Part shown: piece after piece, positions 25,296-40,200 of the stretch
Position numbering within the stretch: the first letter of the stretch is position 1
Layout of the letters: each line of letters starts with the position of its first letter
Assembly: GCA_965153285.1 (NCBI GenBank)
Contig: OZ229126.1
DNA length: 64,000 nt
Reading direction: 5' to 3' (one strand)
From: Podarcis tiliguerta
Taxonomy: Eukaryota
Position numbers and translations under genes: made by a program
The notes under the pieces: model-generated
Database searches by the model: none
What the model saw: only the letters and a program-made list of their open reading frames with translations
Told to the model about the DNA's origin: nothing

Positions 25296-28200
25296 CAAGG
25301 CCAGGAACCCAACTGCTTCCTCATCTTGCTTCCATCTACCTACCTTCAGAGCATCGGTCTCCTTCATGACCATGTATGGCTCACAGCATTCACTGATGTC
25401 CCCTTGCTGCAGCACCTTCTCCAGCTGGGCAGGAAAAGGAAAAGCAAGTTATTGGTGATGAAGTCCAGCAGATGCCTTGGAAGTTCCCAAATATTAAACC
25501 AAGAGTGCTGTGAGCTCTACCTCAAGTTCTACAACTAGCCCTGACGAGAGAGGCCTGCAACCAGAGAGCCCTCTCAGCTGTCCATGAAGCTAAGGAAAGA
25601 TGAAAAGTCCTGCACGTAGAGCTGGGCTTACTCAGTGCTTGAAAAGAAAATATGGGGCAAGGAGAAAAAAATAGTGTTCTGCACTATGTAATTACTTTTC
25701 TTTTGCTTATGTTTCTTTTGCATTATTCATTCAGCTAACCAAAACCATAAGTAAAAGGAAAAAGAATGGGCCCTCCCAGACCTCACTCCAGTTTCAGAGA
25801 GTCTGCTAGACATTGCCCACACACATTCAAATCTCCCTCCAAACCCATGGGAACTCGAAACATGTTTTGTCTTGTTTTAAGGACAGCTGAGATTCTCAGG
25901 TTGTTAATTCTGAAGCCCAGCTCAAACAAGCTATTTTCCTGCACTCACAGAAGGAGGCAGAATATATGTGCTTCCACCGCAGGCACAGCGCTTGCAGACC
26001 TCACTCCAGAATGGCTGCAAAGGGGGATGTGCTCTGGAGGCATGACTGAAGATCAAACATCTCACCTTGATCACTAAGAATATATCTGGAGAAGGATGTG
26101 TGAGGGAGAAGATGGCCGAGCGAGCCAGCGTGGAGATAGCAGGGTGGGCACTGTGCGCTCGCAGAAGCCCCTTCATGTGCTCCGAATTCAGGTCAAAATA
26201 GAAGTTTTCAGAGATCTAGAAAAGTTGGGGGAAAGGCAAAGTTACCATGCACTCAAGATCCACTCCTAACCTGACACAGCAACAAAGCTGGGAGCACCAC
26301 AACAGTCAGAGCACTTTACATCTAGACAAGGCCTATCCACTGTGGTCTTGAAATCTGGCTTGCTGTTGCCACCACTACTGTAACAAGACCTGGGCCTTCT
26401 TTTTCCTGCAGCCAGAGAGCACCAGCCCTGTTTCCCACTGGCTTCTGCCAGATCTGCCTGGTTCCACACAGTAGTTTCCTGAGGCGCTTACTAAAGTCAA
26501 ACCTAGGAGACTGTGCAGTGGTAGAAGAGAGGGGCCTCAGCTACACTTGTCAATTACAGTGGTACCTTGGTTTAAGAACAACTTAGTTTATGAACAACTT
26601 GGATTAAGAACACTGCAAACCCGGAAGTAGGTGTTTTGGTTTCCGAACTTTGCCTTGGAAGCAGAACATGTTGAGTGTGTTCCATTTGTAAATTGAGTCC
26701 CCTGCAGCTATGGGAAAGCATGCCTTGGTTTAAGAACGCTTTGGTTTAAGAACAGACTTCTGGAACAGATTAAGTTCATAAACCAAGGTACTACTGTATA
26801 TCGGGTTATAACTGCGTTATAAACATGCGGCACCAGTTGGTGCTTTAGAGCAGCAATCCGTCACCAATGGGATTTTCCATTAAGAGCTTTTATAGCGTTT
26901 TTTAAAATCTGTACAGATCCAGCCAGAGAGAACTAAAGGCACAGAGACTAAAGGCAGCAGGGCATGCAGCTGGCTAGGCTTGTCACTGCAGCTGAAATCA
27001 CCCTGTGTCCTTGGGATGGGAGTGAGGGGTCAGGTAAAGCACAATCTGAAGGCGCCTGCATAGCTGCTGCCTGCGGAATGCTCTGATCCACCTTTCCCTC
27101 CTGGCTCAGCTGAGGCAGTTCATTCTCCTGCCTTTGAAACTCCTCTAACTAGAAGGAAGCGCTTGAGGCAGGAACCCACAAGAGTTTGCAGCACTAACTG
27201 AAGGCAGGGCAATAGCTAGGGGAGAAAATGCCCCCTTTCCTCCAAAATGTCTGGAGGCAGTTTCTACCTGTTCCAGAACAGGAAGAAACTGCAGACTGCT
27301 CTGATTCCAGGGGAACTAGTAAGAAGACACATCAAGTAGCCTTGTGTATGTGCTGCATGGACATAATCAAGAGCATCTCCAACCCAGCGCTTCCTATGTC
27401 TATCAAACTAGTCTTTCAAACATCTCAGCAATTTTAGGCAACTGACCAATTTGCATCCTACCTTGCTATGCTTTGCTCTCTGCCCATTTTAAAAAATGGT
27501 CCTGCTTCTAGCTGTAAAGACAAGTATTGCTCAGAATCACAGAGTAGTACCTTCTTCTTCTCCTTCACATCGTAAAGCGCTAGCGATCCAAAGATCGGTT
27601 CGATCTCAATCTCAAACCTGCTCCATGGAAGGGTATGAGAGAGAGAGAGAGGAGAAGAGAGATGGTTCAGTGAGAAAACAACCATACATCAACCATAGCC
27701 AGCAGTGCACCATGTGCTGTCCATGAACACGGGCATCTCCTGACAAAGCAACAAGGTGCCTTCTTCCCAAGGCAATTGCAGGTTGTTTGCAATTTAGCAT
27801 GGGGGCCTCTTGTATGGACTGAACCTAGTGCCAGTGCTGCTCTCCACCATGAGATGATTGGAAACAGAGGCATGCACACCCTCCGGTGAGAACAGTGCAT
27901 AAGAAATGGACCCCTGGATTCAGAATTTGGTTTTCCGCGGAGACAGCTTTGAAATCCTCCAGCAAAGTGTCATGAAATTCTACTCAATACTGATCCAGAG
28001 CAGAACTTGAATGTATAGTTAGCAGAGTAAAACTTAGACACGTTGCAAGATTCCCAAAAAGAGACCAGAGGCAATTAATATTTCACCCAGCAGAGCTTTG
28101 CTGCCACTGAAGGCAAATGAGCATAATGGTCACAAATCCAATACACTCAGGACTGGCACTGTCCATAAAAAATCCAGTTGTAGGAGACTTAACTTACACT

Positions 28201-31200
28201 TACAGTAACTTATAGTAAGTCTAAACCTTAACACGAAGCATACTATGTACAGAACACCACACCAGACAGAAAAGAGATAGAAAGAGAAACCCAGGCTCCT
28301 TCTGGCTTATTATTAAAGTCAGCAAGACCTTGACAGAAGAGATAACAGAACCAGTTTAAGCCAGCTGTACTCAGCTTCTCTGAAGGAATAACCCAAACAT
28401 CACAATCCTTCTGCTTGTTTCTTTCACACAGAGAAGCTTCCAGAACCCTCTTGAATTAATTAAATAGGAAAGAACTCTGCACATCTGATCAATACTTTCT
28501 GCACTAAGAAATGCAAACTGACACAAAGTTCAGCCAGGGCCTCACACCCTTTGCACAGCATCGCACCCTGAAGCATTTGTGAAAAGCAGTGCAATGGACC
28601 CAAACTTCCATGTATGTCCTACTTTGAGTTTGGTTTGGCAAATAAAAAGTGACTTACTTCAGAGACAAACACTTCACCAGGATCCTCTGACCAAAGTGCT
28701 CCTTGGGAACTTCTGGGATGCTGCAGCGTTCTACTGCCTCATCCTGAAAAGATAAAGGGAAGCACGTCATCTATACAACCATGTGCTTAGCGTTAGGAAA
28801 ACAGTATCGGAGCTTGCTAGAACAAAGGTGAGTCCAAACAGAGTGTCGTAGGGCAGGGAAGAGACTGGACAGTTCTGAGATCTCTGGAGGAGGAGGAAAG
28901 GAGGGGTGCCAGGCAAAATAATGATCCCTCCCACTCCTCTTTCTTGACAAAACCACTTAAAAAAGAATGACAAGACTGTGGTGGTTCTTCCTCCAACCTT
29001 TACCACTCAGCAAAGTCTGTAGCCGTCAAAGCATCCTCTGCACAACCTGGTATCTGCCCCCAAGAGGAAAACAGGCACCTTCTAATCCTCATCAGCCCAC
29101 ATCCAAACATACCTGCCATTTCATGGATGCTACAGGATCATGCAAAAGCTACTGGAATCTCAGGGCCTGCACTCACCTCATCTGGGGCTGGGTAAAGGGC
29201 CAGGATTTCACCGTGCCGGTTCTTCTTGCGCAGCTCCTCATTCGTGCGGTCAGTCTCTTCGATGGCAGTGCGCACCAAGAGAGAGCGCAACAAGAAGTCG
29301 GCCGCGGAGTTCTTCAAGTCAAAGATGCTGGAGGCCCAGCTGCCACGGGGTGTATCATCGAGGGAGGTGGAGCAGCGCTTCAGGTCATCCTGGAAGGGAC
29401 AAGGAATACCTGATGTACCATAGTAAAAGGCCTTGTTGTCCACGGCACTGCCTTGCCGAGAGCTGCATTGTCTTCCTGCTGACAACAGCAAACTTCACAG
29501 AGTATCTAGCAAATGCACAGCAGCCCAGAGCATTTCGCCAGGCTCAGAATACCGTATTTTTTCATGTATAACACGCCCCCGTGTATAAGACACCCCCCCA
29601 CACCATTTGGGGGGGGGCTCAAAATTAAGAAAATGGGGGGAAACTGCCCAGAGTTGTTGAGCTTTTTGGGGGGGACATGATGCAGAAGCATCCAGTCATA
29701 TTTCTGCTCGCCGTCAGCAGCTGCCAATCACCCGCCCAAATGCTGCAGCAGCGCCCGATCGACAGCAGCCATTGCCACAGCCACCAGTCACTCGCACTAG
29801 AACTAGCAGAGTAAAACTTAAACACGTTGCAGGATTCCCAAAAAATAGACCAGAGGCAATTAATATTCCATCCAGAAGAGCTTTACTGCTACTGAAGGCC
29901 AGTGAGCATAATTGTCACAAATCTAATACATTCAGGATTGGCATGGTCCATAAGAAATCCAGTTGCAGCAGACTTAACTTAAACTTACAATAACTTACAG
30001 TAAGACTAAACCTTAACACTAAGCATACTATGTACAGAACACCACACCAGAAGGAAAAGAGGTAGAAAGAGAGAATGAAACCCAGGCTCCTTCTGGCCTA
30101 TTATTATATTCCGCATGACCTTCACAGAAGAGATAACAAAACAAGTTTAAGCTGGAACTCAGCTTCTCTGAAAGAATAACCCAAACATCATGAACTTTCT
30201 GCTTGTTTCTTTCACACAGAGAAGCTTCCAGAACCCTTTTGAATTAAGTAGAATAGGAAAGATCTCTAAACATCTGAACAATACTTTCTGCAGTAAGAAA
30301 TGCAAAGTGACTCTCAGCAAAGGAAGGATGGATACAAAAACTTGTGGAATATGCAGAAATGGTGAAACTTACCATAAGAATAAGAAATCAAACTTGTTAC
30401 AAAAGAATAGAAATGGTGTATTGAATATTTACAGATAAATTGTAACCAGATAAGAACATTGGCAAGATTATTGCAATAACCCTCAGTTTTATAAGAGTAT
30501 ATATTTAAAGTAGATGAATAAATGAGCAAATTAAGTTAATTTCCATAAGCAATTAAGTTAATTTGGAACCGCAAAAAGAGGGGGAAGGAAGTCAAAGTTT
30601 GAAATGTTAAAATGATTGTAAAATTAGTGAAATGTATAAACCTGAAAAGCGTAAATAAAATTTTTAAAAAGAAAAGAAATGCAAACTGACAAAACTCCAC
30701 CCCCCCCCCCAAAGATGGTCGTTCATATTATATTGTGACTCTTTGCTCATGGATCCCATAGAGCAGTGTTTCCCAACCTTGGGCCGCCAGCTGTTTTTGA
30801 ACTACAATTCCCATCATCCCTGACCACTGGTCTTGCTAGCTAGGGATGATGGGAGTTGTAGTCCAAAAACAGCTGGAGGCCCAAGGTTGGGAAACACTGC
30901 CATAGAGGACACAGAAGAGCTACACCAACATGCTAGATTTTACAAGTCTGACTTGACTTACCGAATCCCCCTGACTGCTCCGCTCTTCAGCTACTTCATC
31001 AAGTTCAAAGACTTGCCTAGGCAGCCCCTTCTGCCTCTCCCTTTGCCTCTCGGCCGTAATAGCATTGTACATGGTGCTCAGCCTTTGGTACCTGAACCAG
31101 GGTAGAAGAAACTGTGATGGTAATGCCTGCTGGGAACCTTTGCAACTTAAAATGCAGAGACTTTAAAAGACAATCACATCAACCTCTACAAAGGTGCCAT

Positions 31201-34200
31201 TCACCTTGCTATGACTATTTCAGGTATGCAAAAAGGATTATAATTTAATCCCAGAGATCCCCAAAAAGGGGGTGGGCTTCTTCCCATTATACAATGTGCC
31301 CAATGTGTTTCAGCCAAAAATGCCTCTGCCAAGGGCTTCTCTAAAAAGATCATACAATATTCATTAAACAATTGTCCAGTCACAAAATAAAAATGGTTAA
31401 AAAACTGAGAATGTATTATATTAAAAATTCTAGCAAGTCAGATATACGATGAAAAACTTATGTTAAACTGGAAGCAGCCATAACAAATAAAAAAGAAAAA
31501 CCTAATACAAAAGACCAACTTTATTTCTTACCAAACCAAGCTCAAAGGTTTGTGTTGTTAAAAGAAACTGATAGGGCAAAAAAGCTTGTAGGAGGACAAC
31601 CTAAGGCTGTGCATTTAAATACTTTCTGCCAAACACAGATGTCTTAACTTCACTAACAAGGAGAGATTCATTTCTCTTTTTTTGTATGCAAACTTTGGCT
31701 GCTTCCTGATGTTTTGTATGAATACTTCTGGGCAACACAGTTTATTGTAGGGTGTCTCATTGGGGTTCCTCCATTGCCATAAAGCTAGAGGAACTTTCCA
31801 GCACAATTTGGTTGAGTGAGTGGGGGAGGGGAAGACAGCATGGCAGCACCAGAAAGGCAGGAAGAAGGAAAACCAAAAATTGGAAGGGAGGGAAATTGTG
31901 ATATTATCAAGATGGCCTGTATGTCATTTGTGGAACAGTCTAAATGAAAAAGCAAGCCGTTTTGGAACTGCTGCCCTAAAATGCTTTGAGAACTTTCTGA
32001 AAAATTATATGTGGATATTTTATAGCCGGAGGCTACCATTTGCGCAGAATGCTGCAGCACAATTGCTGACAGAAGTGAGGACTTGTCAGCATATAACTCA
32101 GAGCTCTGCACTGGTTGCCGATCAGCTACCAGGTCAAGTTCAAGGTGTTGCTCTTAGGCTAAAAGGTAAAGGTAAAGGGACCCCTGACCATTAGGTCCAG
32201 TCGTGGCTGACTGGGGTTGCGGCGCTCATCTCGCTTTATTGGCCAAGGGAGCTGGCGTACAGCTTCCGGCCGCTTCTGGCGAACCAGAGCAGCGCACAGA
32301 AATGCTGTTTACCTTCCCGCCGGAGTGGTACCTATTTATCTACTTGCACTTTGACGTGCTTTCGAACAGCTAAGTTGGCAGGAGCAGGGACTGAGCAATG
32401 GGAGCTCTCCCCGTCGCAGGGATTCAAACCGCTGACCTTCTGATCGGCAAGTCCTAGGCTTTGTGGTTTAATCCACAGTGCCACCTGCGTCCCTTGCTCT
32501 TAGGCTACAAAGTCCTTAATAACTTGGGACCAGTTTACCTATAAGATAACCTTACCCCAATGTGCCCTTTGACTGCTTTGACCAGTGGAACTGGCACTGC
32601 GACATGTGCCACCTGTTCTGCATTTGTTAGAATTTGATCATTTAGTGTCGCAGCACCTACACTTTGGGAACTCCCTGCCTGTTGATATCAAGCAGGCACC
32701 TTCACCAAATTCTTTTTGACACCTTCTAAAAACATTCTTGTTTAGACAATCCTACCCAGATGCTTAGAAAGGTTTGTGTGAATTTTAATCTGCTTTAGTA
32801 TTTAATATTTAGTTTTAGTATTTTAGTATTTTGTATCTACTCACTGGGTTTACCTGGTTAGGAAGGCAAGTCATCAATCACAGGCTGCAAGGCAGGGCAC
32901 TGAAATGCTTGTTATGCAAGAACCAAAAGGCACTATTACTTAACAGTGAACTCTATTTGAAAGGCTCCCAAAAACTGAGATTACAATCCACAACATATAC
33001 TATGGCTCATCTGAATGAAACAACTTTTCCACCACTACAGAATGACTGCCGAAGCAATAATTATGCAGCAATTGAAAGGACTTGGGCAACTAGGGCTCTG
33101 GCTATCAAATGGTCAATTATAAGCAGATACAATTATTACAGTGCAAGGATTCACTCCAATGCAATCTTAAGGAAGTTCCATAGAAAGTTAGGACTTTCCC
33201 TCCAACTTCTCTAGCCCTTCCATTGAGGGCTGGAGGATGGGTGAATAACAGCTTGTGGGAAGGTGAAAGTCAAGGCTAGACCAGCTGGAAGTAAGAGAAG
33301 TCTAATAGGCTCCTTTAGTTAGAAGAATGTTTGTTTAAAATCTTTTTTCAGTTTGAAATGTAGCACTCCCCTACCAAAGGTTCTTTCTGTTAGGTCCATA
33401 TTTAATCCACATCCAAAAAGATTAAGCACTGTCAGCAAATTTCGCCACCGCCACAATAACAAAGAATCAGTCTTTGCTATCCTTTCTCAAATAAGAGGTG
33501 CAACCTACTTTCTTTGGACCATGACCCAGTCTTCTGTGTAGACTTGTACAGCATCTCGTACACGAGCATCCTGCTTCCTGGAGAAGAATGAAAGAGGAAG
33601 AAAACCAGGCTAGTAAAAATGTTGACAGGTTAGTAACATCCAAAGACTTATCTGCAAGGAGAGATAAGTATCAAATTTCTCTCCACATGTTTTGCTTCCA
33701 CACCTTTATTAAACAACAGATAATACCTCCCGGATATTCTTTTTTCTCACATAGAAACAAATTTAAAATGTGGCCCTTGAAAACTACTAGCCTTAGTGCT
33801 TGGTAAACACTACAATAAGAGCCTCCTTGTGCTTTGAGCCTACAGGTGTTCCTGGGTTTTAGTAGCAGTCAAGAGTGGGTTTTCCCCCCTTGTATTTGAA
33901 AAGCTGGTCATTCCTTCCTATGAGCATGGTGAACTGGATAGTTTTTGTGATGATTTCTGCATCTTAGTGCCATGATGAATAGTGCACTGAAGTCTATTTT
34001 CCCTATTAATATATTATTTCTCTGTGGAATTACCAAAAAGGCAGAATTGTGAAAACCCTTCAGAATTTTTTCCCACACATCTTAGGGGAAAGACCTGTAA
34101 GCAGAACCCACCCGGGGTTTATCTTGTAAAATCCCAGATGACTTTCAAGAATGACCTACACCTCTTCACACTTAAGTCTCCTTTGGGAATTAAATGGATG

Positions 34201-37200
34201 CCTTCCCAAAAGCTTTGTGCAGATGTCAAAAGTCAGTTATATTGCCATTTAAATCAGTCTTCCAAAGCAGCATTCAGCCACGCTGAAATTGTTAATGTGA
34301 AGATTAAAAAATAGTCTTTGCCTACCACGTTTTCACTGGTCAATACTGCAGAACTAGCAAGTTCTAATGCAGAAAACTGCCAGCAAATTGCCAAGTACTT
34401 TTTCCTTGGCAACTCTTACATACGACTGTCCTGAGGTGAAGGGGGCTCTGCAGTGAAAGGCTGCAGGAGTAAATGGAAGCAGAGGTGCTTATCACAAGTA
34501 TCAGAATAACCACAATCCACAATTAATAATCCCACCACTTACTCATCTTCAGGGATGCCAGGTTCCAGTGTTCGACAGTCCCGCGTTTGGTGGATCACCT
34601 CCAGGTCATCCGTGGGAAACTCAACCAGATCACGAAGTGGACCGGGCTCAGCATCTGGCACGTGGCTGTCAAGGTACTCCTCAAAGTCTACGGGCTCCAC
34701 CACTTCTGTCAGAGGCACCTTAGAGAAGAAGGTCAAGGAGTGGGGTAAGGAAGAGGAACCTACAAGTCAGAAAGTCTTTAGCGCTCAATCAGAACAAATG
34801 GCCATTTGGGGTTTCTCCAGATTGATGTTTGCTCTGATTTAGAACCAAACAGAGAGTTTTCCCTATCCAAGAGATATGCCTCCTCCTCTTTTTGGCTACA
34901 GGCCTGACTGGGCATGAAATTAAGTACAAATAAGCAGCTACAGCAATATTTTTTTAAAAAAACAAACGAACACAATTGTATAAGTTGTGTCTTTGTTTTC
35001 AATTTGTATTGTGTTGTTTTATGCACTGTGACTTGCTTTTTATTGATTACAGTTCAGAATAGTGTTTCCCAAAGTGGGTAGATCACCATTTGCTTTGATT
35101 GTTCACTAAACAGCAGTTTTTCCCTCGAAAGCAAGAGTCAAGCAGAAAACTGCTCCGGGTCCCTTCTTTCTAGGCACGGGACAAGCAGGAGTGTGGACAA
35201 GCTTTCACTTGCTGAAGTTGTCTGGTGTGCCTGAATCACTCCTAGCTGTAGCACATCGTAACAAGGATGATAAGGATTTGTCCCAAGGCCTGAGTCTGGT
35301 ATTCTTCATTTTATAGACTGGGAAATGGATGAACACCTCCCCATGAATCCATGATTCCAACATGTTTCAGGTAAATGCCCACCATTACCACCAAGTTAGA
35401 CTATGAGAGCTAAGAAAAAAGTGTGTGAATTTCCCACCTCTTCCCCTCAGTCCAACAGAGGAGTCAGAGAAATACAGAGGTTTGGGGGCATTTCTTGGTC
35501 CTTCACAGAAGCTTCTGACGGAGGCGCCTCCCTTCATCTTGAAGGACAACAACAGGCCTGAGGGAGTTGCAGTCCTTCCAAGATGAGAATGCAGAAACCA
35601 AGGTGAGGAAGACTGCAGGAGCTCATCTTTAAGACTAGTAAATGTATTCCAGTTCCCACCACAATGCCCAACTAACCAGCACAAAAGTCATCTGAGCCGC
35701 CACAACACATAGCTCTGCTCTTAAATTATTACAATTACAACATAGTCTAAGTGACTTTATTGAGCACTATTGTTCAGAGAGGAGCAAGAAGAAACCGGTG
35801 CTGTGGGGAGGAGAAGAAAGACCCCTTCGTTTCCTCAAGGCACAATTAACACTGCATGTCACAGGCCACTTGGAAACTGTCCAAATGCAAGCATTTGTTC
35901 TTATGACAAATGGCAAAAGCTAAATTTTCTCTCCCTCCCATCTCCACCAACTGTCTTGCTGTAGCTGAGCAAGGGAGAGAGGCTACTAAGAGGCTAGACT
36001 CTCTTCTTCTGACAGCTTCTCAGGCACAATGAAACCAGGGAGGAATCCCCTGAAAAAGCCAGAGGCTAAATGACAGACATGCAAGAAGGGAAGAATGGGG
36101 AGAGGACACAAGCACAGAGGTCTGGGAGACTAAAACTATTTTCAAAGACACCCAGCCAAACCCCACCCAAAAGTTTCCAATTTCAAACTCCTTCACACCT
36201 GGGAAATTGAAATCCACCTTGTCCTCACCCAATAAGTGCTTTAGGAAATACTACATAAGGGAAGCCCAGGAGTTTTTAGAAGGCCACAGATGTTTGTTTG
36301 TTTGTTTTAATGCTGAAACTCCAGAAAATAAAGCATAGTTTCTGCAGCTGTTCTGGTCCTTATGCCACCCAGGAAGAACAAATAAAATGCAGCCGATATC
36401 AGAGATTGGGACTCTACTATTTGGATTGCGACTGGAGGAATAAGGAAACCAATTCATATGTAACCATTGTTCCCCAATATGCTTCTTGCAGAAATGAAAG
36501 GAGATATTAGTGGTTCTTATGCTTCTTCCAATTTTCCAACTCCGAAGAGGCCTCAGGTAGGTCCACAGTGACAGTAAGCCAAAAGGAAATCCTGTCTCCC
36601 ATGAGCAAATAGTGGAAGTCAGCAACCCACTGGCAAAGGGTAGCAATTGGCTAAGAAAGGGAAAGATTTAGGACAGAAATGCAGCACATAGTCAAACTAT
36701 GGAACACTCCCTGAGAAGGCAGAGGTCGCCACCAACTTGATGGCTTTAAAAGATTAGAGAATTTAATTAGGAATGTTTAAATATAGATATCATTTAATTC
36801 AGTTGTTGTTATTTTTCTAAAAAAAACAACCCCAGTTCTAACTAAGAGTACTTCCTAAAGCACGAGCAAAATGGTTGTCCCTGCTATATGTTGGATTACT
36901 AGCAATTTCTAAAATGCCCTGGAAATGGGCAGTTTCCAAATTATGGTTGTCTGATACTGCCTATTTTCTTCGGGTGAACAGATTTTCTTCCCTGCCTTAT
37001 TAGCCAGAAGCTGCAGTGTTTTCTGCCAGATCTCCACCCCAGACCATGACATACTACTGAATAACTCACCGACTGTGGGGGGCCACCCCGCTTCTTGGAA
37101 AGCTGAGGGGAGTTGCCATATTCTCGGGACACCTGCTTCCTTACTTCAGCTGCCACCGTCCTGTAGGGGAGGAAGAAAACAATAAAACATCCACTTTTCT

Positions 37201-40200
37201 GGGTCTCAAAAAGCTGTCCTGAGAGGTATGCCCCACTGCGTCCCTGGAGAGAGTCTGGCAAAAACGAGAGCAGAATTTCTGCCCACCCACATTAGACTTC
37301 CCTAAGAAAGCTGTCGAGCACAAGCAGCTTTTACTGTTATTGTCTGAAAACCAACTTTTAAGAACACCCCAGGTGCAATTACTATACAGAAGAGTCTAAC
37401 ACAAATATAATGTAATAATAATCAACCTCAGCAACTCATGAAGCGCAATCCCTGCAGCAAGAAAATTAGTGTCATTTCACCAGCTCCTTCCAGGTCTTCT
37501 CTGCCACTGGCAGGAATCTTTACCACCACAAATACATAACATAACAACTTCCTGAACTATCAGGCAGAGGCCAGAAAGGCGGTGAGCAGGGGAAGGCTTG
37601 GTTTTGAAAAACCAAAAGCATTTAATCTGAAAGGGCAGGGGGAGTTACGTTGTAACTTGCAACGTAAGAAATTCTTAAGATAGCCATCAAGCAGAAAACA
37701 TTTCTCATAAGGAATACTAAAAGAAAATGGGGAGCAAGTTTTATGAGCATGAACCAAGAAGTCTTGAAAGTCCTGTTTGATCCACAGCCAAACCATTGGT
37801 TATGTTAATCACGTGGTTTGCCCTTAAGTGCACAATGTTTATTTCACAAATAGAAGGTGCAGAGACCTGATCAGGATGGCGACGATGGTGTGGAGATAGG
37901 ACTTTTCCCTCCCACCGCAACCTGACTATTAGCCTGGGAGGGGGAAGCTCCCACCGAAACTATATTTTTCCCATATTGCTGAGGAAGACCCACTGATTTA
38001 TTGTGTTTACTCTTACAAATCACTTTGTGTATCCATGAACAGAAAAGCAGGGTAAAAATAGTAATCAGGATGATCCAGCGACTCCAAGGCTTCATCAAGC
38101 AAACTCCTCTTGGACAAAGGCTGAAGTTTTATGCACACTCAATCTCAAAAAATAGTCCTATTAAAATCAGTGCACAGGACTGTGCAGGCCTGCATAGAGA
38201 CCACAAAAAAGCTACAGCTCTCCGGACTCAGCACCCGCTGGCCACCAAATTACACGCTGTCAAATACCTGTTAAGTATCTAAATCCAGCTGCAAATTCTA
38301 TATACTTTCATTTCTTATGTTCCAAAATGGAACTCAGGGTTGTAATGATTTATTTAATACAACTGATGAGACCAGCCAAGCTACAGAACTCCGACTCAGA
38401 GGCAGATTCAATTTGGCTTTGACGCAGCCCAGTGAAAAATCAGTGCTGGACCCTGTAGAAATCCACTGGAAACTACTGAAAGGGAACACTTTCAGTACCC
38501 TCTGGCTTCAGGGACAACACTAAAGGCAATAGATAACTGGGAGGTATCATGATGTGCCAGGCACAAACAGGCAGTACAAGCAAAATGGAAAAAGACAAGG
38601 GGACGCCTTTTCTCTGCCTTTCAAAGTAGTTCTACAATTATGAAACTGCCGTGCAAGATTGGTGGACGTTGTTCTTCCATGAGTTCAGAAAGCCAGCTGT
38701 AAGACAAGAGACAGAGAACTCTTAGAGTCCAAGTGCCTTGTTACTGGAGGGTTTCAGAAAGAAACTGACATCCCAGAGACGACCTCCGCAAGGATCAGCT
38801 CAGCTCACTAAATTACTCGGAAAGTGGGCAAATGCTGCACCTTTGGAAAAGCACCCAGTCTGCTAGCTTTACTGCATGTTCAAATTGCAGCTCGTCATTC
38901 AAAATTAATGAAAGTTAGAATGATGTTGGATTGAGGTTAAGGGGTTTTTAGCAATAATGCTATGGAAGAATATGCAAAAATGGAATATTAACAGGTGGAA
39001 AGTTAAAGCTATAATATATTAAGATCAAGATTAAGATAAAGGTAAAGAGGGAACGGATTTGCTGAATAAATAAATTGAATTGGAATACAAAGAGGGGAGG
39101 TGTGGGGAAGTCTAAGAAACAAGCAAATGCAAGATATGTCATGAAAGATGGAATTGTTTTTAAATGCTTTTTACTTTTGTACTTTTCTTTTTTCTTTTTG
39201 TGAAAAATTTAATAAAATATTATTACAAAAAAACAACAACAAAAAACAAATTGCAGCTCATCATTCAACCACCTGAACTACTTTGGGAGGGTCTCTGATC
39301 TGACCTCTGTGTCCTCCGACCCATCCCACCCTCTTAAAGGGGATCAGCTCATCACAGAGGCTGAGTCAGCGTGTGGAAGTACAGTCGTACCTTGGTTTTT
39401 GAACGCCTTGGTACTCGTATGTTTTGGCTCCCAAATGCCAAAAACCTGGAAGTAAGTGTTCCGGTTTGCAAACGTTTTTCAGAAGCTGAACATCTTCCGT
39501 TTGACTGCAGGAAGCCTTGGTTTTCAAATGGTTTCGGGAGTCAAACAGACTCCCGCAACGGATTAGGTTCAAGAACCAGGGTACAACTGTACAAAGAAAC
39601 CTATTCAGCATGTAGCAGCAGCTCTGTGTAAGAGGGAGGGAAAGAGAAGAGTACCTACCATCATTCCTGTCTTCTTTATTACTTTAGTCTTTTCTGGAGG
39701 CTCCTGCATAGCCCCATCTTATGTTGCACATGGCGTGAGAGCCCAGAAACCATGCCCAATAACCTTTTAGGCCCTGGTTCTCGCATTACCTCAGTGGTAC
39801 AGGATGAAGCCACAATATAGTAGCTCCCATACCACTTGTGTAACATAAGATAGAGCCACAGGTGCACCATTAAGGGTTTGATAGGAGGCTGGAGCAATCT
39901 CAACCTAAGACTTTAAATTGCTCACTCTGCTGGATAAAATTGTGGGAACCCAGCTCCACACCAACAAGCCAGGCTTCTTAACCAATTGAAGTCTGAAATC
40001 AAAACAAATCTCGGCACCATTTGAAGGCAGGGCATTCTTTCCTTTATCAAGACAAATTTATCAGGGCAGAATTTACAAAGACTGAGGTCAAATATAGGCA
40101 ACAGACTTGATTGCCTAATTATTATTTTTTATTAAGCCATGACATTTGTTGGATCCTTAACACAACAAAGTTTATCTCTCCTCCTTTAATGGCCTAATAA

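Noticed and set aside
27968-30691. Full-length LTR retroelement between the two LTRs
   Set aside because: The interior is DOCK6 exons 6-7 and introns with no gag/pol, and the left LTR has its own TSD.
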